A stretch of 63,659 nt of DNA, filler included, from Folioceros fuciformis (lineage: Eukaryota): the NCBI GenBank assembly GCA_049999805.1. It is 6 parts of 6 records of this genome, joined end to end, with 100 filler letters (N's around TTAATTAATTAA, not from the genome) between each part and the next. Parts side by side here need not be neighbours in the genome. Positions count along the whole stretch, not along the records: positions 15,998 to 25,585 come from JBNGIO010004118.1; positions 25,686 to 41,523 come from JBNGIO010004119.1; 4 more parts are not named here. One strand, given 5' to 3'. The position numbers and the translations under genes are program-made. Below the pieces are notes generated by a model. That model did not search any database and had not been told where the DNA came from. It saw only the letters and a program-made list of their open reading frames with translations. Of this stretch, positions 23,851 through 36,960 are shown piece by piece; position 1 is the stretch's first letter, and each line of letters begins with the position of its first letter.

Positions 23851-23996
23851 AGAGTGTGATTTCAGATAAGGGTCCTATGCAGTTGGGCTTGTAGATCGAA
23901 GAGTGTGATTTCATATAAGGGTCCTATGCAGTTGGGCTTGTAGATCGAAGAGTGTGATTTCAGATAAGGGTCCTATGCAGTTGGGCTTGTAGATCG
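23851..23996 (+). repeat. ~49-nt tandem repeat x3 (AGAGTGTGATTTCAGATAAGGGTCCTATGCAGTTGGGCTTGTAGATCGA)
   Basis: Direct reading of the sequence. Confidence 0.9.
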
Positions 23997-24783
23997 TCTT
24001 AGGGGTTGCAAGAGTAGTGTGGAGATGTTGACCTTCGTCGTAGATTTTCTTGTAGATGGCAAATCCCGATTGTCTCATAGATGGCCTTGCACTATGTAAT
24101 CGTATAGAACAGAAGCAACCTATACACAAGGATTGCAGATGCAAGTTGTTTTGAAGGTTGTGGCTACTAGGTTGTTTTGCCTGCTAGGTTTGCGAGAAGG
24201 AGGTGAGGCAGCACNNNNNNNNNNNNNNNNNNNNNNNNNNNNNNNNNNNNNNNNNNNNNNNNNNNNNNNNNNNNNNNNNNNNNNNNNNNNNNNNNNNNNN
24301 NNNNNNNNNNNNNNTTTTATCCTTATATCACATCTCAAATAACATATCACAAATCACCCTCTAAGTGCTTTAAAAAATGATACCCGCTATTCCCCTCTAG
24401 TCGTTAACACGGATGTTTAAATCAAAGATCTGGAAAGCAGCTCAAGGGCAACGCCCAATTCTTCAATACAACACTTTTATGAAAACCAAAATTTCCACGA
24501 TGAACGCTGACGACTGTTGCGAAGGACGCAAAAACAAGGCACCTTCTACTCACGGCTTCATCTACAAAACAATCACATAGCATGACACCGGCAAACGAAC
24601 GTCTTCCGATCCCACTTAGGTTGAAGGAATATTTCATAAATAAATGAGCTACAATCTAACTCCAGATTTCCTCCTGCCTGATTCAGCCGTCCAGAAAATG
24701 CAATTGGCTTACTCCAATCTCAAGAGGGGCGAACACTACGAGGAGAACAATCAGAGGCCTGTTCTCCACGTGATTCAGCATTG

Positions 24784-25585
24784 CTACTTTAGCAGGAGAT
24801 AATCTTCTATATCATCAGAGTCCTTTTCTGACCTGTTCCTCCACGCGTAGTACACAAATTGGAACAGAATCTGCAAAAGGTTCATTAAGGAAGGCATACT
24901 CGCAAGCATGGCAACAACTGAGAAACAAAATAATAAGAAGCAAAACATGCCCTCCTTGAGTGCGGGGAACGAGGAAGGATACGAAACAATCCAATAGGAT
25001 GCAGACAACGGCATCTACTAGCCAGGGCATGTTTGGTTTTATCTTCAGCCACTCCGTACTACGCACTAGTATACTACAACCATTTTTGAGACAAAGGCGA
25101 GTTAGCAAGAGACGGTGGGTCCTATCGTCCAGCGCCACTCAAAGGACAAAAAAAGCGGGTTAAGGGAGCTGCACAAGTTTCAGGGAGAAGACTGCCGTAC
25201 CTGCCAACGTAGAATGCGTTCCCCAAAAGAGCACACAAGAACATGAGAGGATTTAAACCCTGCAGCCGACCAACCCCCGGTGAACACTTTGCTACAAACT
25301 TGCAGACAGAAATGGCATCTGGCAGAAACGCACACCCACAATCCACTTTACCTCGACTGTGCCACGCGCCATCTTTCCGGTTTTAAATTTGACATGTTAA
25401 CAATCTCAACAGATCAGTACAAGGAAACAGTTGAAGAGAATCTTAAAGTCACGAAACGTGGAACAATGGGGCTGATCACTTCCGGCGTCATTTGAGCCCA
25501 CGAGTGGCTAAGATAATGATCAGAAGGGAACATGAAATTTCCAAGTTCACGGCATTGTTCTGGGGCTTACATTTAGCCAGATCTG
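24784..25585 (-). CDS. PQ-loop repeat (YPQ1/PQLC2-like) vacuolar amino-acid transporter, 3' exons only (cut by contig end)
   Basis: Spliced product QIWLN|MARGTVE|GLNPLMFLCALLGNAFYVGS|ILVRSTEWLKIKPNMPWLVDAVVCILLDCF|ILFQFVYYAWRN...LLK*. Confidence 0.85.
24871..24982 (-). other. U12-type GT-AG intron in the PQ-loop gene
   Basis: 5' site GTATCCTTCC; branch-like TTCCTTAAT about 13 nt before the intron end; no long polypyrimidine tract. Confidence 0.8.
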
Positions 25586-25685
25586 NNNNNNNNNNNNNNN
25601 NNNNNNNNNNNNNNNNNNNNNNNNNNNNNTTAATTAATTAANNNNNNNNNNNNNNNNNNNNNNNNNNNNNNNNNNNNNNNNNNNN
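25586..25685. other. Artificial contig linker
   Basis: N44-TTAATTAATTAA-N44. Confidence 0.97.
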
Positions 25686-27155
25686 CCACAGAAGGTCACA
25701 CATTGCTCCATCATGTGGCACTTCTTGCTTTCGGTCAATTGTCCTGATCTGCCAGAATTAAAAAAAAAAAGAAACACAGTTCAATACGAAAAACAGATGC
25801 CCACGTTTCCCCACGCAGCGAATCGGTACCAGATGGACTCCAGCTTACCTGATCCAAGGTTGTGATGGACGGAGAAAGGCCACCATGTACACCAAAGATC
25901 TTAGACTCAATCAAGGCCGACAAGCTGAAAGACAGAATGGGTCAAACAAATAGCGCGAAATACTGGTGCAGAACCAAGATGACGGAAAAAAAACCATACA
26001 CGAAGAGAGATGTGTAAGTAGCACGGACCTCAGATAATCAAATATATCAGTGCAATATCGCCAAACATTGACAGAACCATACTTCCTCAAGCATTCATCA
26101 TAAAACCCATACACCTGTCAAAGTTGGCGCAAGCACAAGCGATGACGAAATCGTCAGAAATCCAGTTAGCACTCCTGAGATCAATGTACACAGATAGCGG
26201 TCAGACATGAAGACCTAGCAATCACACCAAATCAAAGACCTTAGTGCCAGCACCTGAGTGATTTGACGGCTTTCGTGATTCCCCCGAATCAGCGTAATCC
26301 GATCTGGATACCTGACCTGAGAACATGAACCATGTCAACGTAACAGAAAGAATGTGACGGCATACCAAGACGATTCCACCAAGCAAACGCCTACCTTCAA
26401 GGCAAGCAGCAGTAAAAACGTCTCCACGGAATAGAAACCACGGTCGACAAAGTCACCTAAGAAAAGATAGTTTGTTTGCGGACAGTCGCCACCAACTTTA
26501 AAAAGCTCTACTAGATCATAGAATTGTCCATGGATATCACCACAAATCTGCGTGAACAAGCCAGCTACTAATCAGATCAAAGACGCCATTCAACTGCTAC
26601 ACATTCAAGCTGGTATTCAGGCAATCTAGGTGAAAACCAAAAAATGTTTCCTGACGCTGTTAGATGCCTCCACGGCCCAAAACAAAGAAGAAATCGGTCC
26701 AGATAACTGCATCCTGTCGGTGCCATTCATTATGGTCATATCAAAGCCCCTGCTCGCCGGTGACTCTAAAAGAAAACAAGACGTTACAGCCAACTACACC
26801 TGATCCAAAGGCCTGACAAGCCCCGGTCAGTAGATACTGAATTGAAAATGTACAACCCGCCTGCACACCACATCTCCGGAACGGAATTTCGAAAAATCGG
26901 AGGCTGCTGCAGACCAAAAACACCATGTCCATGCACCCTACACCTCCCGGCCATCCAATCTGCCCGAAGGGCTGAAATTCGCAGTCTGCAATGGAGAATG
27001 GAAGCCATACTTACTGTCACAGGGGCGTCAACTCTCTGGACATTGCTTTCCTCCACAAGAATCTCCATAGCCTTGAGGCACAGTGCTTTCACCTCCGATT
27101 CTTTCAGTGACTCGCATCGTTTGAGCTGCTCTATCTGCCTGTCTAGGTCTGACAT
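25686..27155 (-). CDS. PPX: Protein phosphatase 4 (PP-X) catalytic subunit, 3' end cut by contig edge
   Basis: [15 protein letters not shown]...[57 protein letters not shown] and [13 protein letters not shown]. Confidence 0.93.
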
Positions 27156-30100
27156 GGTGTGGCGTGCACGGTTGCACCACACCGCTGGCGCCAACCCAGC
27201 CCTAATCAACGAATAGACGAGGTTCCCTCCTGGAGGCCGGCATGGAGGCAGCTTTGTGGCAGGAACATGCAAGCTCGCAAATCAGCCGCGGCTCTGGGTT
27301 TCCCGCCACTGACCATGGAGAGGGGGAGATGATACGCAGATACGAAAGAGTAAATCCCACGCCCAGTGCCACCCCGCACGCAGCTTATCTTGCAAGTCCA
27401 GCACCGCTCATGACTACGCGCCACAGCCGTCCCCCCATCACATAATCCAGGCAGCCAGCAAGCTGCGCTCCACGAATCAGGATGATTCTCGCCCTCTCCT
27501 CCCAACGCCTCAGAAATCCAAGCAACCTGTAGTGAGCAGCCGAAGAAGGAAGTCGACTGATCACACCTACACCTCCAGGTGCTGCCTGGCGATGGCCGCA
27601 GGGGCGGAAGTGTGAGGCGGTCCACAGTCAGTACATGCAGCGCTGCCTCCTGGCTCTACTATTTTGCAGCGTAAAGGCTGGATAGCATCAGGCCGCCATG
27701 GCCGCTCGCTCTGGTCGGTCCCTCTCCTCTCCACGCCGCTAATCTCGCCATCGTATTCGTCTCGTCACTGTATACGGTGAGGACGATATTTTTTTGGAAC
27801 CCTTCTTTCATAGCCCATGTATGCGAGTACCTAAAAGCTAACAGCATCCATTTCGAGAATCCCTCTCTGAGAGACTCACAAATTGCTCTACTACAAATCA
27901 GGTCCTTGTGTGGTTCCTGTGCTCTGTTGTATTCTTTCAGAAGAATCCACGTGGTAAGCGTACTGCCCATAAGAATCTTCTGACTCCCCTAGTGGCCCGC
28001 AATGGCGAAGGTGCACTTATCCTACAAGTTTCCTATGTATTTCGGTTGCAGTCCGTAGTTCCGTGCTCTCTAAAAATAGGTGATGAGGGATGTAGCTCTG
28101 GTGCCTTCCGGCGTAAGCTATAGGTGGAAAAATGGAATGTGGACAAGAAGCATGATTCTGGGTTCAGTGGAGATGCACAACCCAACCGCAGGGACAGACT
28201 ACTCTAATGGAACCACGTGGTACAAAATTGTTTTGCCAGGAATATCCTTCGTTGCAGGTAGGGATCTCAAACGGAATGCAACCTCCTCTTCGCCCTGGAG
28301 GACGATGGTCAGCCCCGCACAGCTGGGAGTGGAGAGGTGGAATTCATTGAACTATAATATGTACGTGAGTGGGTGGGTATTGCCGGACACGGGTGCTCCC
28401 ACGATCCATCTGGGATATGGAAGACAACTATGTTGCTCCAGAAACGCCAGCTTGTGTCGTAGGCACACCACACTCGCTGTCACCCACACACAAAGTGCCC
28501 TCGATGTTTGCCGAGTCTAGGACTAGTCTGCAATTCGAGAAATTTGTCCTGTTGATCCATGGGTGTGCCTGTTTCGGAGGCGGAGTCCTAGGGCTCCCTC
28601 TGCAGTAAAAGCGTTTCAATGTTCTTACGCTGGACAGTCATCAGCTGCGGAGGGCGTTCATTACCCGAGTCGTCTCCAGATGCCAAAGTTAGGCTGCTGG
28701 CTTCACCCTGAAACAGATTCCCTCGACCAAGGAAGAATCCCAAGCTGAACATGATTCTGAGTTACGTCCAGTTCCTTACGCAGGTGCAGAGAGACTCGAA
28801 CTCCTGAGTTTCCGGAGACTCGTTGAACGGGGCTGGACTGCCGACATCAGGGAGTCCTTGGCTTCCTCTGAAAATCCTCTCCAGCACAGAAGATTCCCAA
28901 GTTACCCCCCGACCAGACGGAAGGGTCTGTACTCCCGGATCTCTCTTGACCGCCTGCTTCACGAACCCTATGTCACCCATCTACCCGGCACCACATAGTG
29001 CGGAGGAGAGAAGCTGAGAATTCGGAGGAAGGAAGGACAAGCTTAGGGCAGCTTCTGCCTGCGGCAGCCCGCGGGGCTGGCAGTCGGGGGCCAGGCAACT
29101 CGGCTGGTACCCCACAACCCGCACAGGCGCAAGCAGTGGCATAGCGCGTTTGGAGGAAGCCCCCGCCTTCTCACCTCTCAAGACAAAGGCTAGAAAACGC
29201 GGCTGGGCTGTCTCCGAGCGGTGCTTGCATTGTGACTTCCTTCCCATCCTTGGAACTTCCAGCTGGGTCCGAAAGTTTCAACTGTGTCCGACTCCATTCC
29301 ACTCCGGGCTGAAGCCCAGTGAAGGTTGCACCCATACAAACGATAGGAGCCGGATTCCTCGTCTGCATCCCCCGCTTCTGGTCTGAATCCGAAACCTTTA
29401 TTTTCACCACAAAGTCCACCTCCAGTTCGCTGGGAGTATAGTCCTCGTGGTAGCCCCTCTCGCTCGTTGTCGCTCCAAGTTCACAAAAAAGGGTCCCAGT
29501 GGCCTAATTGTTCACAAGTGCCTCATCAGGTGGTGCTGTTTTCCCTGACTACTCAGCTCACAACTGCTTCCGGGAAGCTCTTTCGTTAGACAGCTTCTTA
29601 CTCAACCTGATTAGCAGATTGCAGCTCCATAGGTGCAATAGATATGCTTTTCGGGAGATGGGCCGCATCACGTAATGGGAACTGGCACAACGGCCGTAAC
29701 GGCACGGATGCAATTTCGGGAGACGCAACGCATTCAATGTTTTTTTTGGTCGAGAGATGGAACGCACCAATGCAGCACGCTGCTCCTGGAAAAAAATCTA
29801 CATCCAGCAAAACAACTGGGAGCAATTCTTGGCCGTACCTGTGACAGGCAGCCCAGAGGAGAGAAGAGTCTCTCAGGATACACAACGGGGCATGTGTTAT
29901 GTACATCTGTACTGTATGTATGTATTCTTCGCCGCTCATCGCTGAGAGTAAACCCAGGCTGATACAATACTTAGTCCAAGTGTGTTATGGATGGCTGGGA
30001 AGGCATTAGTCATCAATGCTACCAAGATTCTTTCAGGCCTCCCTGAATGTAAGAGCCTCCCTTATGGCCTGACAGCTTCCGTACGCGTCTGCGAGAAGCA

Positions 30101-31388
30101 GGGCTGAGATCCAGGTGAGGGAGACGAGTGCGGTGAAGGTAACTGTGACCCTATCCAAACAATGTATCTGGCTAGTGTTACCTGGCGTTCAAAATAGGTG
30201 AGGTCCGCATTCATCTTGTCTTCATCCTTGCCGGCCGTGTTTGATTTCAAGAGGTGTTTCCCTCATCGACCTCGCTCCCAGTGCGTTAGCAACATCGGTG
30301 GCGGCAGCAACTGCGACGGCAGCCCGCGCCTCCGGCGCTGCGCTGTGCGCACTGTTTCCCCAGATTCTCGATTCCGGCATGTCGTAGTGCAGAGGGGGAA
30401 GTTACTCTTATGTGCATCCTCCAAGTCTGTCAACGTCGAAGGACAGCACGAGCGGGTGTTTGCGTTCATCAGCAAATTATGACACTTGTATGGTTCACAC
30501 CCCCTTCTCTAAGTTGAGATGCTAGCGGTCCAATCAAAGTGCTCGTTCCAGGGAGAGGTCGCCAGCGCCTAAGTAGGCATACTATGCACAGATCCTTCGT
30601 GCTGCACACATAAATCTCACCTCAACCATCGCACAGTCCCGACCGTCCTGCGTGACAGGGTCCGCGGTCAAAAGCAAGAATTATTTGCTTTGCGTCCTCA
30701 GGCCCGTCAAGAACAGGATCCAGGGAACCTTTTGCAGCAACAATGCGCGGTCCTGCTTCCTGGTTCCCTTTGACAGGCCCACTTCCTGCCCATCATAGCA
30801 GTCACAGGCTCAGGCGTCTTAGCAGCAACCTCTCAACTTATACTCTTCATCCGCATGAATAGAGCCCCGATGGTGACCTCCAGACAACTTCGTCAAGCCG
30901 CGGTGTGTAATAGCAATATCCAGGGCTCAATTGGAGCATCACGGCAGATGCCAGGAGTAGAAGAGTCTCACCTAGGGTTGCTGGCTTCCGGCAATCGCGA
31001 AGTATGTCGAACCAAGGCGTCTTTCATGAAGCCGATCCGTCAGCAAGGGTCCTTTTTGTCACATTTGCTGTCTTGGCTGAATCCGGGATCATCACCAGGG
31101 CGACTTTATTCCAGGATCTTCCACCCCTGTTGTTTGGCCCCTATGAAAATAAAAAGGCATCCATCCTATCCGTGCCCTCAAGGAAAGGAATCCGTGTCGT
31201 GGAATCCTGCAATGTGCCACCCGTTCCGTGCCAAGTCCGCACAGCAAGTGAACAGCTCGTTTCTCCCAACCGTGAGGCCAGGCACTCATCGTCTTGTGAC
31301 GCAACACAGTTGGCCCGTCGTGGTGCTGTGACAGGGATGGTGTGATAGCAATTCGCTCTTGGCAGCCTTCCACCGGCCTGGTCCCGAT

Positions 31389-32843
31389 ATGGCAACTGTG
31401 TCCGCCTCGATCTGCGCAGCAGCTGCAGCTGTTGCCTGCACCAGGGCGCCTCCTTCGAGTGCTTCTCCTCCCGGGCTCCACAGCCGGGGCCGCGGCGGGG
31501 TGCTGCACTGGAGGAGAAGCAGGAGGACACTGGAATTGTTGCATTCACGACGCCATCTTTTGTCACGGAGAATTCCAGGACTGCCACACCTTGCTGCTCC
31601 TCGGATTCTGAGAGCTCAACTCAAGTCGGATTTGGACGAGTCCTCTCCACTGCCCTCGACAGCACCAGCATCTGGAGAGAGTGACACCGCGCTGCAGGGT
31701 CTGGTTGGGGAGGATGCCGCCGTGTTCGAGCTCAGCGAGCAGAAGACATCTTCTTGGGTGTCTTTCACCATCGTACTCGTTGTGGTCCTGGGAGCCTTGT
31801 ACGTGTTGTGGATGGATCCTTCTACGGGGTTTGGGACCAGCTTCGTTGATGCCCTGACATCGTTGTCGGACGACCCTGAGGTGAGGAGGTTTGCGCGTCA
31901 AGGCCACCACACCTGTGTCTCTGTCGTTTCCAAGCTCCAGCTCATATGAACTTTGCTCTGCACTGCTCCAGGTGGTGATGCTGGCCATTCTCTTCGTATT
32001 CGCACTGGCCCATAGCGGACTTGCTAGCCTGCGTGATGTTGGAGAGAAAGCGATCGGTGAACGCGCATACAGGGTGCTCTTCGGCGTGGTCTCGTTGCCT
32101 CTTGCAGTATCTGCTGTGGTACGATGTAACTCATGCTATTCAGGATTGAGCTCAAGTTTTGCCCTCACCTCCTTTCCTCACCAGGAACCGCCGCATAACA
32201 TTGATGCCAGGTGTACTTCATCAACCACAGGTACGCGGGTGCACAGCTGTGGCAAGTGCGGACGGTCCCTGGTGTCCATGAACTGGTCTGGCTGCTCTCC
32301 TTCGTCTCCTTCTTTTTCCTTTACCCATCCACCTTCAATCTCCTCGAGGTCGCAGCTGTGGATAAGCCCAAAATGCACATGTGGGAAACCGGTATCATGC
32401 GGATCACAAGACATCCACAGGTGGGTTTTCCTCCTGCTCTGCTGCCTTGTTTCCCAATTTGCCAACATGTTCTCCAAACTTGACGAATGCTTAGATGTTG
32501 TACTCAGATGGTGGGGCAGTTCATATGGTGCTTTGCGCACACTCTGTGGATAGGCACTTCCTTCACCTTGGTCACCTCCCTTGGGCTTTGCGCGCACCAT
32601 CTTCTGGGAGTCTGGAATGGTGACAGAAGGCTAGCTAAACGCTATGGCAAGGCTTTTGAGGAGGTGAAGCGCCGCACCAGCATTGTGCCATTCGCTGCTA
32701 TCTTCCATGGCAGGCAAAAGTTACCACAGGACTATTACAAGGAATACTTGAGAGTGCCTTATTTTGTCATCGCTGTCCTGACTGTCGGTGCCTACTTCTC
32801 TCATCCTTTGCTCCAGGCCGGAAGTGCGTACCTTGGATGGTAG
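31389..32843 (+). CDS. Z-ISO: 15-cis-zeta-carotene isomerase, chloroplastic (NnrU domain), 4 exons
   Basis: LVGEDAAVFEL, HSGLASLR..GE..IGERAYRVLF, YFINHRY, LYPSTFNLLEVAAVDKPK, ITRHPQ and HHL.GVWNGDRRL. Confidence 0.94.
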
Positions 32844-33114
32844 GATGGACCACTGCCAAGCAGTTTTGCACATACCAAAGATTGTTCCTGGACTTGAAAA
32901 TCGATTGGACATTTGATATAATTCATTTTCTGGAGATTAGATAAATATACAAGACGCACTGCACCAGGTGCTTGTGCTGGAAGCTTGGTGATCAGCTTGA
33001 CCACCTTCAGGCAGGACCTGACAACGAAACCCCTTCTCTTGTCCCACTGAAACCCTGTGCAGACATCTTCCAATAGTCGAACCAATGATGAAAGGAAAAT
33101 AAGATTACGGTCGC

Positions 33115-34363
33115 TTACTGGCCCCTCAAAGGTGGCCTGTCGAAGTCATCCCCATCTGATGTTAATTTCACTGTTTGAATGAGACGTTCCCTCAGAATCT
33201 CTAGGTTCTGCTCTGTGATGGCCTTGTGCATCTGCGCATGGTTGTACTTCTGCAGGCAAAGGGAAATGAAGCCAATTAGCATTCTAACCTCTGACACACC
33301 AGCTGGGAGTGATGAAAGGTGCACGACGCACTCTGCCTAGCCAAACGAGAGGTGGAGACAAGACATTGGACCAGAGGAAGCAATGGGTCACACTGACCTT
33401 CACCCAGGCGTTGAAAAGATGTAGTCTGGTTACCATGACCCTCTCGCCAAGCTCTTGCCTTTCCTGTCCGCGACATGAAGACAACAATGTAAAGAACACA
33501 GAATCGTCATCCAGACACACAATATTGAGTATGTATGAGGACACCAAAAAACGAAAAAGATATCGGGCCCGATCGGTCCGCGTTACCTTCACTAATAGGC
33601 GCACAAAGTATTTGCTATCTTGAGGTCTATTACTCACAACAAAGCTGCAGAAGGGACGTTGAAAATACAAAGAATTGAGCAACATGACTGATTGATATCA
33701 GTCGGGGTCCTACTAGACAGCAGAAAGGACATGAAGACAATCACTCTCACTCCACGTACTTATACAACCAGGCATACTGCTGAGGGTTCATCTCTGACAA
33801 CTGTGCCAGAACAGTCTTCACCGCCTTGAACGTGAAGTAATCAAGAAGGTGCTGCAAACACAGAAGCCACATGCAAGCGAGGTTAGGGCAGCCAAAATTA
33901 ACCGTAGCTCAAAATCTTTCTGAGCCAGCAGACTGAAGGCGAAAACGATGCAGGATTCTGTCCTCAGTAAGCAAGAAACGTAATGAGAAGGCCAGAAGGA
34001 AAGAAATCCAACCTTGTCAACATCTGCAAAACTTTCCTCATAGTTCCCACCAAGCTCACATACAACAAGAGGTCTCCGTGATCCGTCTTGACCATATGAA
34101 GGCACGAGGCACTGTAACGATCTGGCAGTGCGTCTGCAATCCTGCCAAGAATCTGTAAACGAGCTCCTAAGGTCGCAACCGTGAACTCGAGCCTGTTTCC
34201 TGGAACCTTGCTTCATCTGCTTTCCCACGTCCCTAGCGGGGGCGGACAGTGCTGAACGCGAGCTGCCCGAATGATTCAATCCCTCTGAGCCAGCAGCCAG
34301 ACAAACGCATGGTGGAACTAAAAGCACAGCTGGACCTACTACAGCAATGCCTCCCCCTGCCAT
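33115..34363 (-). CDS. RBCX2: Rubisco assembly chaperone RbcX (RbcX2-like), spliced
   Basis: ELGGNYEESFADVDK|HLLDYFTFKAVKTVLAQLSEMNPQQYAWLY|...NRPQDSKYFVRLLVK|ERQELGERVMVTRLHLFNAWVK|KYNH...NLEILRERLIQTV. Confidence 0.88.
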
Positions 34364-35824
34364 TGCTCACAAAAGGTCCTCCAAAGTCAGGTCCTGCTAC
34401 GAGACCTAGGCCTCGACCACAATGACAGCAAAGCTACCGCGACGATTTGTCACCAAATATCCGAAACTGAATGTACCGCGGCTCCCCCTCGCCGAGCGCC
34501 TTGCTCATGGAAAAGCGCACGTGGAGATGCTGCAGAGAGAATAGAGCACCTGCATCCAGGTGCCAGCTCCTATACCAGGGACCGATCCCCCCATGTCCTC
34601 ACAGCCATTCTCAGCCAGTCCCTGTCGAAAGGCCTTTCAACATGACTCCATCGGCCGAAATGCCGATCCGCGAAGGCAGTTGATTGGAAAAACGGGGGAA
34701 GCCAGCCGAAAAGCAACAGGAGAAGGCAGAACGTACCGACAGCAGCAGCAGCAGCAGCGGGGGAAGCAGAAGCTTCAATGAGGCGCGCGCTCAGGGAGAG
34801 GGAGACGCTCCCCGGCCGCTGTGTGTCAGAAGCTCATGAAGCTGGCCAGATTCCTGGCATGCCGCCGGCATCACAGGTCACGTCCACAACATCCTCCCGA
34901 CCTGCGCTCCGTCCGTCCGTCTGCGAGCAGGAAGCGTGAGGATTTCGGCAGCATGCCACAGGGGGACTGCGACAGCCAGATGCCCGGAGTCCCACCCGAG
35001 TTGCCAACAGCACAGGGGGACCAAGCGAAGGAAAGCAACAGTAGCTGACCAGTTGGTGAGAGCAGGCGGAAGGCGCAACGGAGGCAGCGTATGTGCGAGG
35101 CCAAGGCAAATTCGCGTCGTGCGGTAGACAGGCCAGGTGGATCCTGGCTCAAGCGTAAGGCGGGCGTGAAGCGGGGCTGCAGCAGGCGTCGCACATTCTC
35201 CTGCTCCACTGAAAGCTGAATCTCTCATCTTGNNNNNNNNNNNNNNNNNNNNNNNNNNNNNNNNNNNNNNNNNNNNNNNNNNNNNNNNNNNNNNNNNNNN
35301 NNNNNNNNNNNNNNNNNNNNNNNNNNNNNNNNACCTCCCCTCCCCGGCTGGTCCTGGTCCCATGCACCCACCCCAGCCCTGGCAGCCCGGGCCCCGCCGC
35401 TGGCGGCCCGTCCTTTCCGTCTGTCTATTCACTTGGTGAACGATCCCAACTTGAACGCCTCAGGAAACCGGACATATCGGCTGTAACTTGTAACCAATGA
35501 ACTGCAATATCTCTCTCGCTTGATTTGAATTAGCTTAACATTAACTTCTTCTGATCTCTAAACTGAAGTTATCAGATAGGCAAAGCACTTAAGTAGGAGT
35601 CACCGCGCGACCGGGCTGTGCATTTGCATGTTTCAGCAACAGAACAAATGAGTCAATCAGACACATGAGTGATGTAGTAGATATTCTAAACAATTTTTTT
35701 TATCGGGCGACTGATGTGAAAAAGTGACATCCATGCAAAATCGAACAGCCCAATGGTTCTCGTCTCCACACCAACATGTTAGGTCTTGTCAATCATGTCC
35801 AGTGACAACATATGAAAGGACATG

Positions 35825-36960
35825 CTACAATTTGGAGTAATTGTAGACACCACGGCCCGTCTTGCGACCCAGCCAGCCAGCGTCCACATACTTGGCGAGG
35901 AGGGCGCAGGGCTGGTACTTGGCCCCCAGCCGGGACTGCATCACCTGCATGATGGCCAAGCAAGTGTCCAGACCCACCAGATCTGCAAGAGCCAGGGGCC
36001 CCATGGGCTGGTTTGTTCCCAGCACCATCCCCTTGTCGATGTCCTCCGCTGAGGCTATGTCCTCCATCAGGGCGTAGAATGCCTCGTTGATCATGGGCAT
36101 GAGGATGCGGTTTACTACGAATCCAGGGTAGTCCTTAGAGCAGGTCACTGTCTTGCCAAGCCTGTCATGCAAATTCATCACCCCATGGAGATAGCACCAG
36201 GCTGAGCTGAACTATTAAAGCTGGTGTTGAGAAAGAGAGATGAGCTGACGAACCAAGCGTGCGCTTGCTTGGCGTACCTCTCAGCCAGGGACTTGATGGT
36301 GTCGAACACAGAGTCCTCTGTGGCAAATCCTCGGATGACCTCCACAAGCTGCATGATCGGCGGGGGGTTCATGAAATGCATGCCGATAACCTGCAGGCAG
36401 TGCAGGGTGATAGTCAGCACTGGAGCGAGGGAAGGGCAAGATTGGTGTCCACAGGAAGGGGAGCGAACCTGAGAAGGCCGCTGCGTTGCAGTGGCTAGGC
36501 GCGTGATGGAGATGGAGCTGGTGTTGGATGCCAGTATGGCGGCTGGTTTTACCAGCTTGTCCAGCTCCGACAGAATCCCCTTCTTCAGCTCCTCGTTCTC
36601 TGACACCGCTTCGATGACCACGTCTGCAGAGCTCATGTCCGCCAAGGAGGTTGTGGTCTTAACCCTGGCGATGGTCGCGTCCGCGTCCCCCTGCACTTCA
36701 GCCCGCGAAGCGCATGAGCAACCACACGACCATGCCATGGTGCCGCCTGCGGCATCTGCAACTCTTACCTGCGACAAAGTTCCTTTCTTCACAAACCGGC
36801 CCAACGATTGGGAGATGGACTTGAGCCCCCGCCCAAGAGCTGCGGAATCCAAATCCGCCATCACCACTTCGATTTGCGCCGCAGCTGCCAGCTGAGCAAT
36901 TCCTGCACCCATTTGGCCCGCACCAACCACTCCCACCAGCCTCACCGCAGGAGCGGCCAT
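35825..36960 (-). CDS. 3-hydroxybutyryl-CoA / 3-hydroxyacyl-CoA dehydrogenase, with C-terminal SKL peroxisomal signal
   Basis: VGVVGAGQMGAGIAQ, VIEAVSEN, LASNTSSISIT, IGMHFMNP, PGFVVNRIL, PMGPL.LAD.VGLD and GWLGRKTGRGVYNYSKL*. Confidence 0.93.

Noticed and set aside
27600-31330. Short ORFs between PPX and Z-ISO
   Set aside because: No recognisable motif or consistent exon chain could be built; a decayed gene cannot be excluded.
31389-36960. Z-ISO/RbcX2/hydroxyacyl-CoA dehydrogenase as a functional gene cluster
   Set aside because: These are unrelated pathways, and adjacency is expected in a gene-dense genome.
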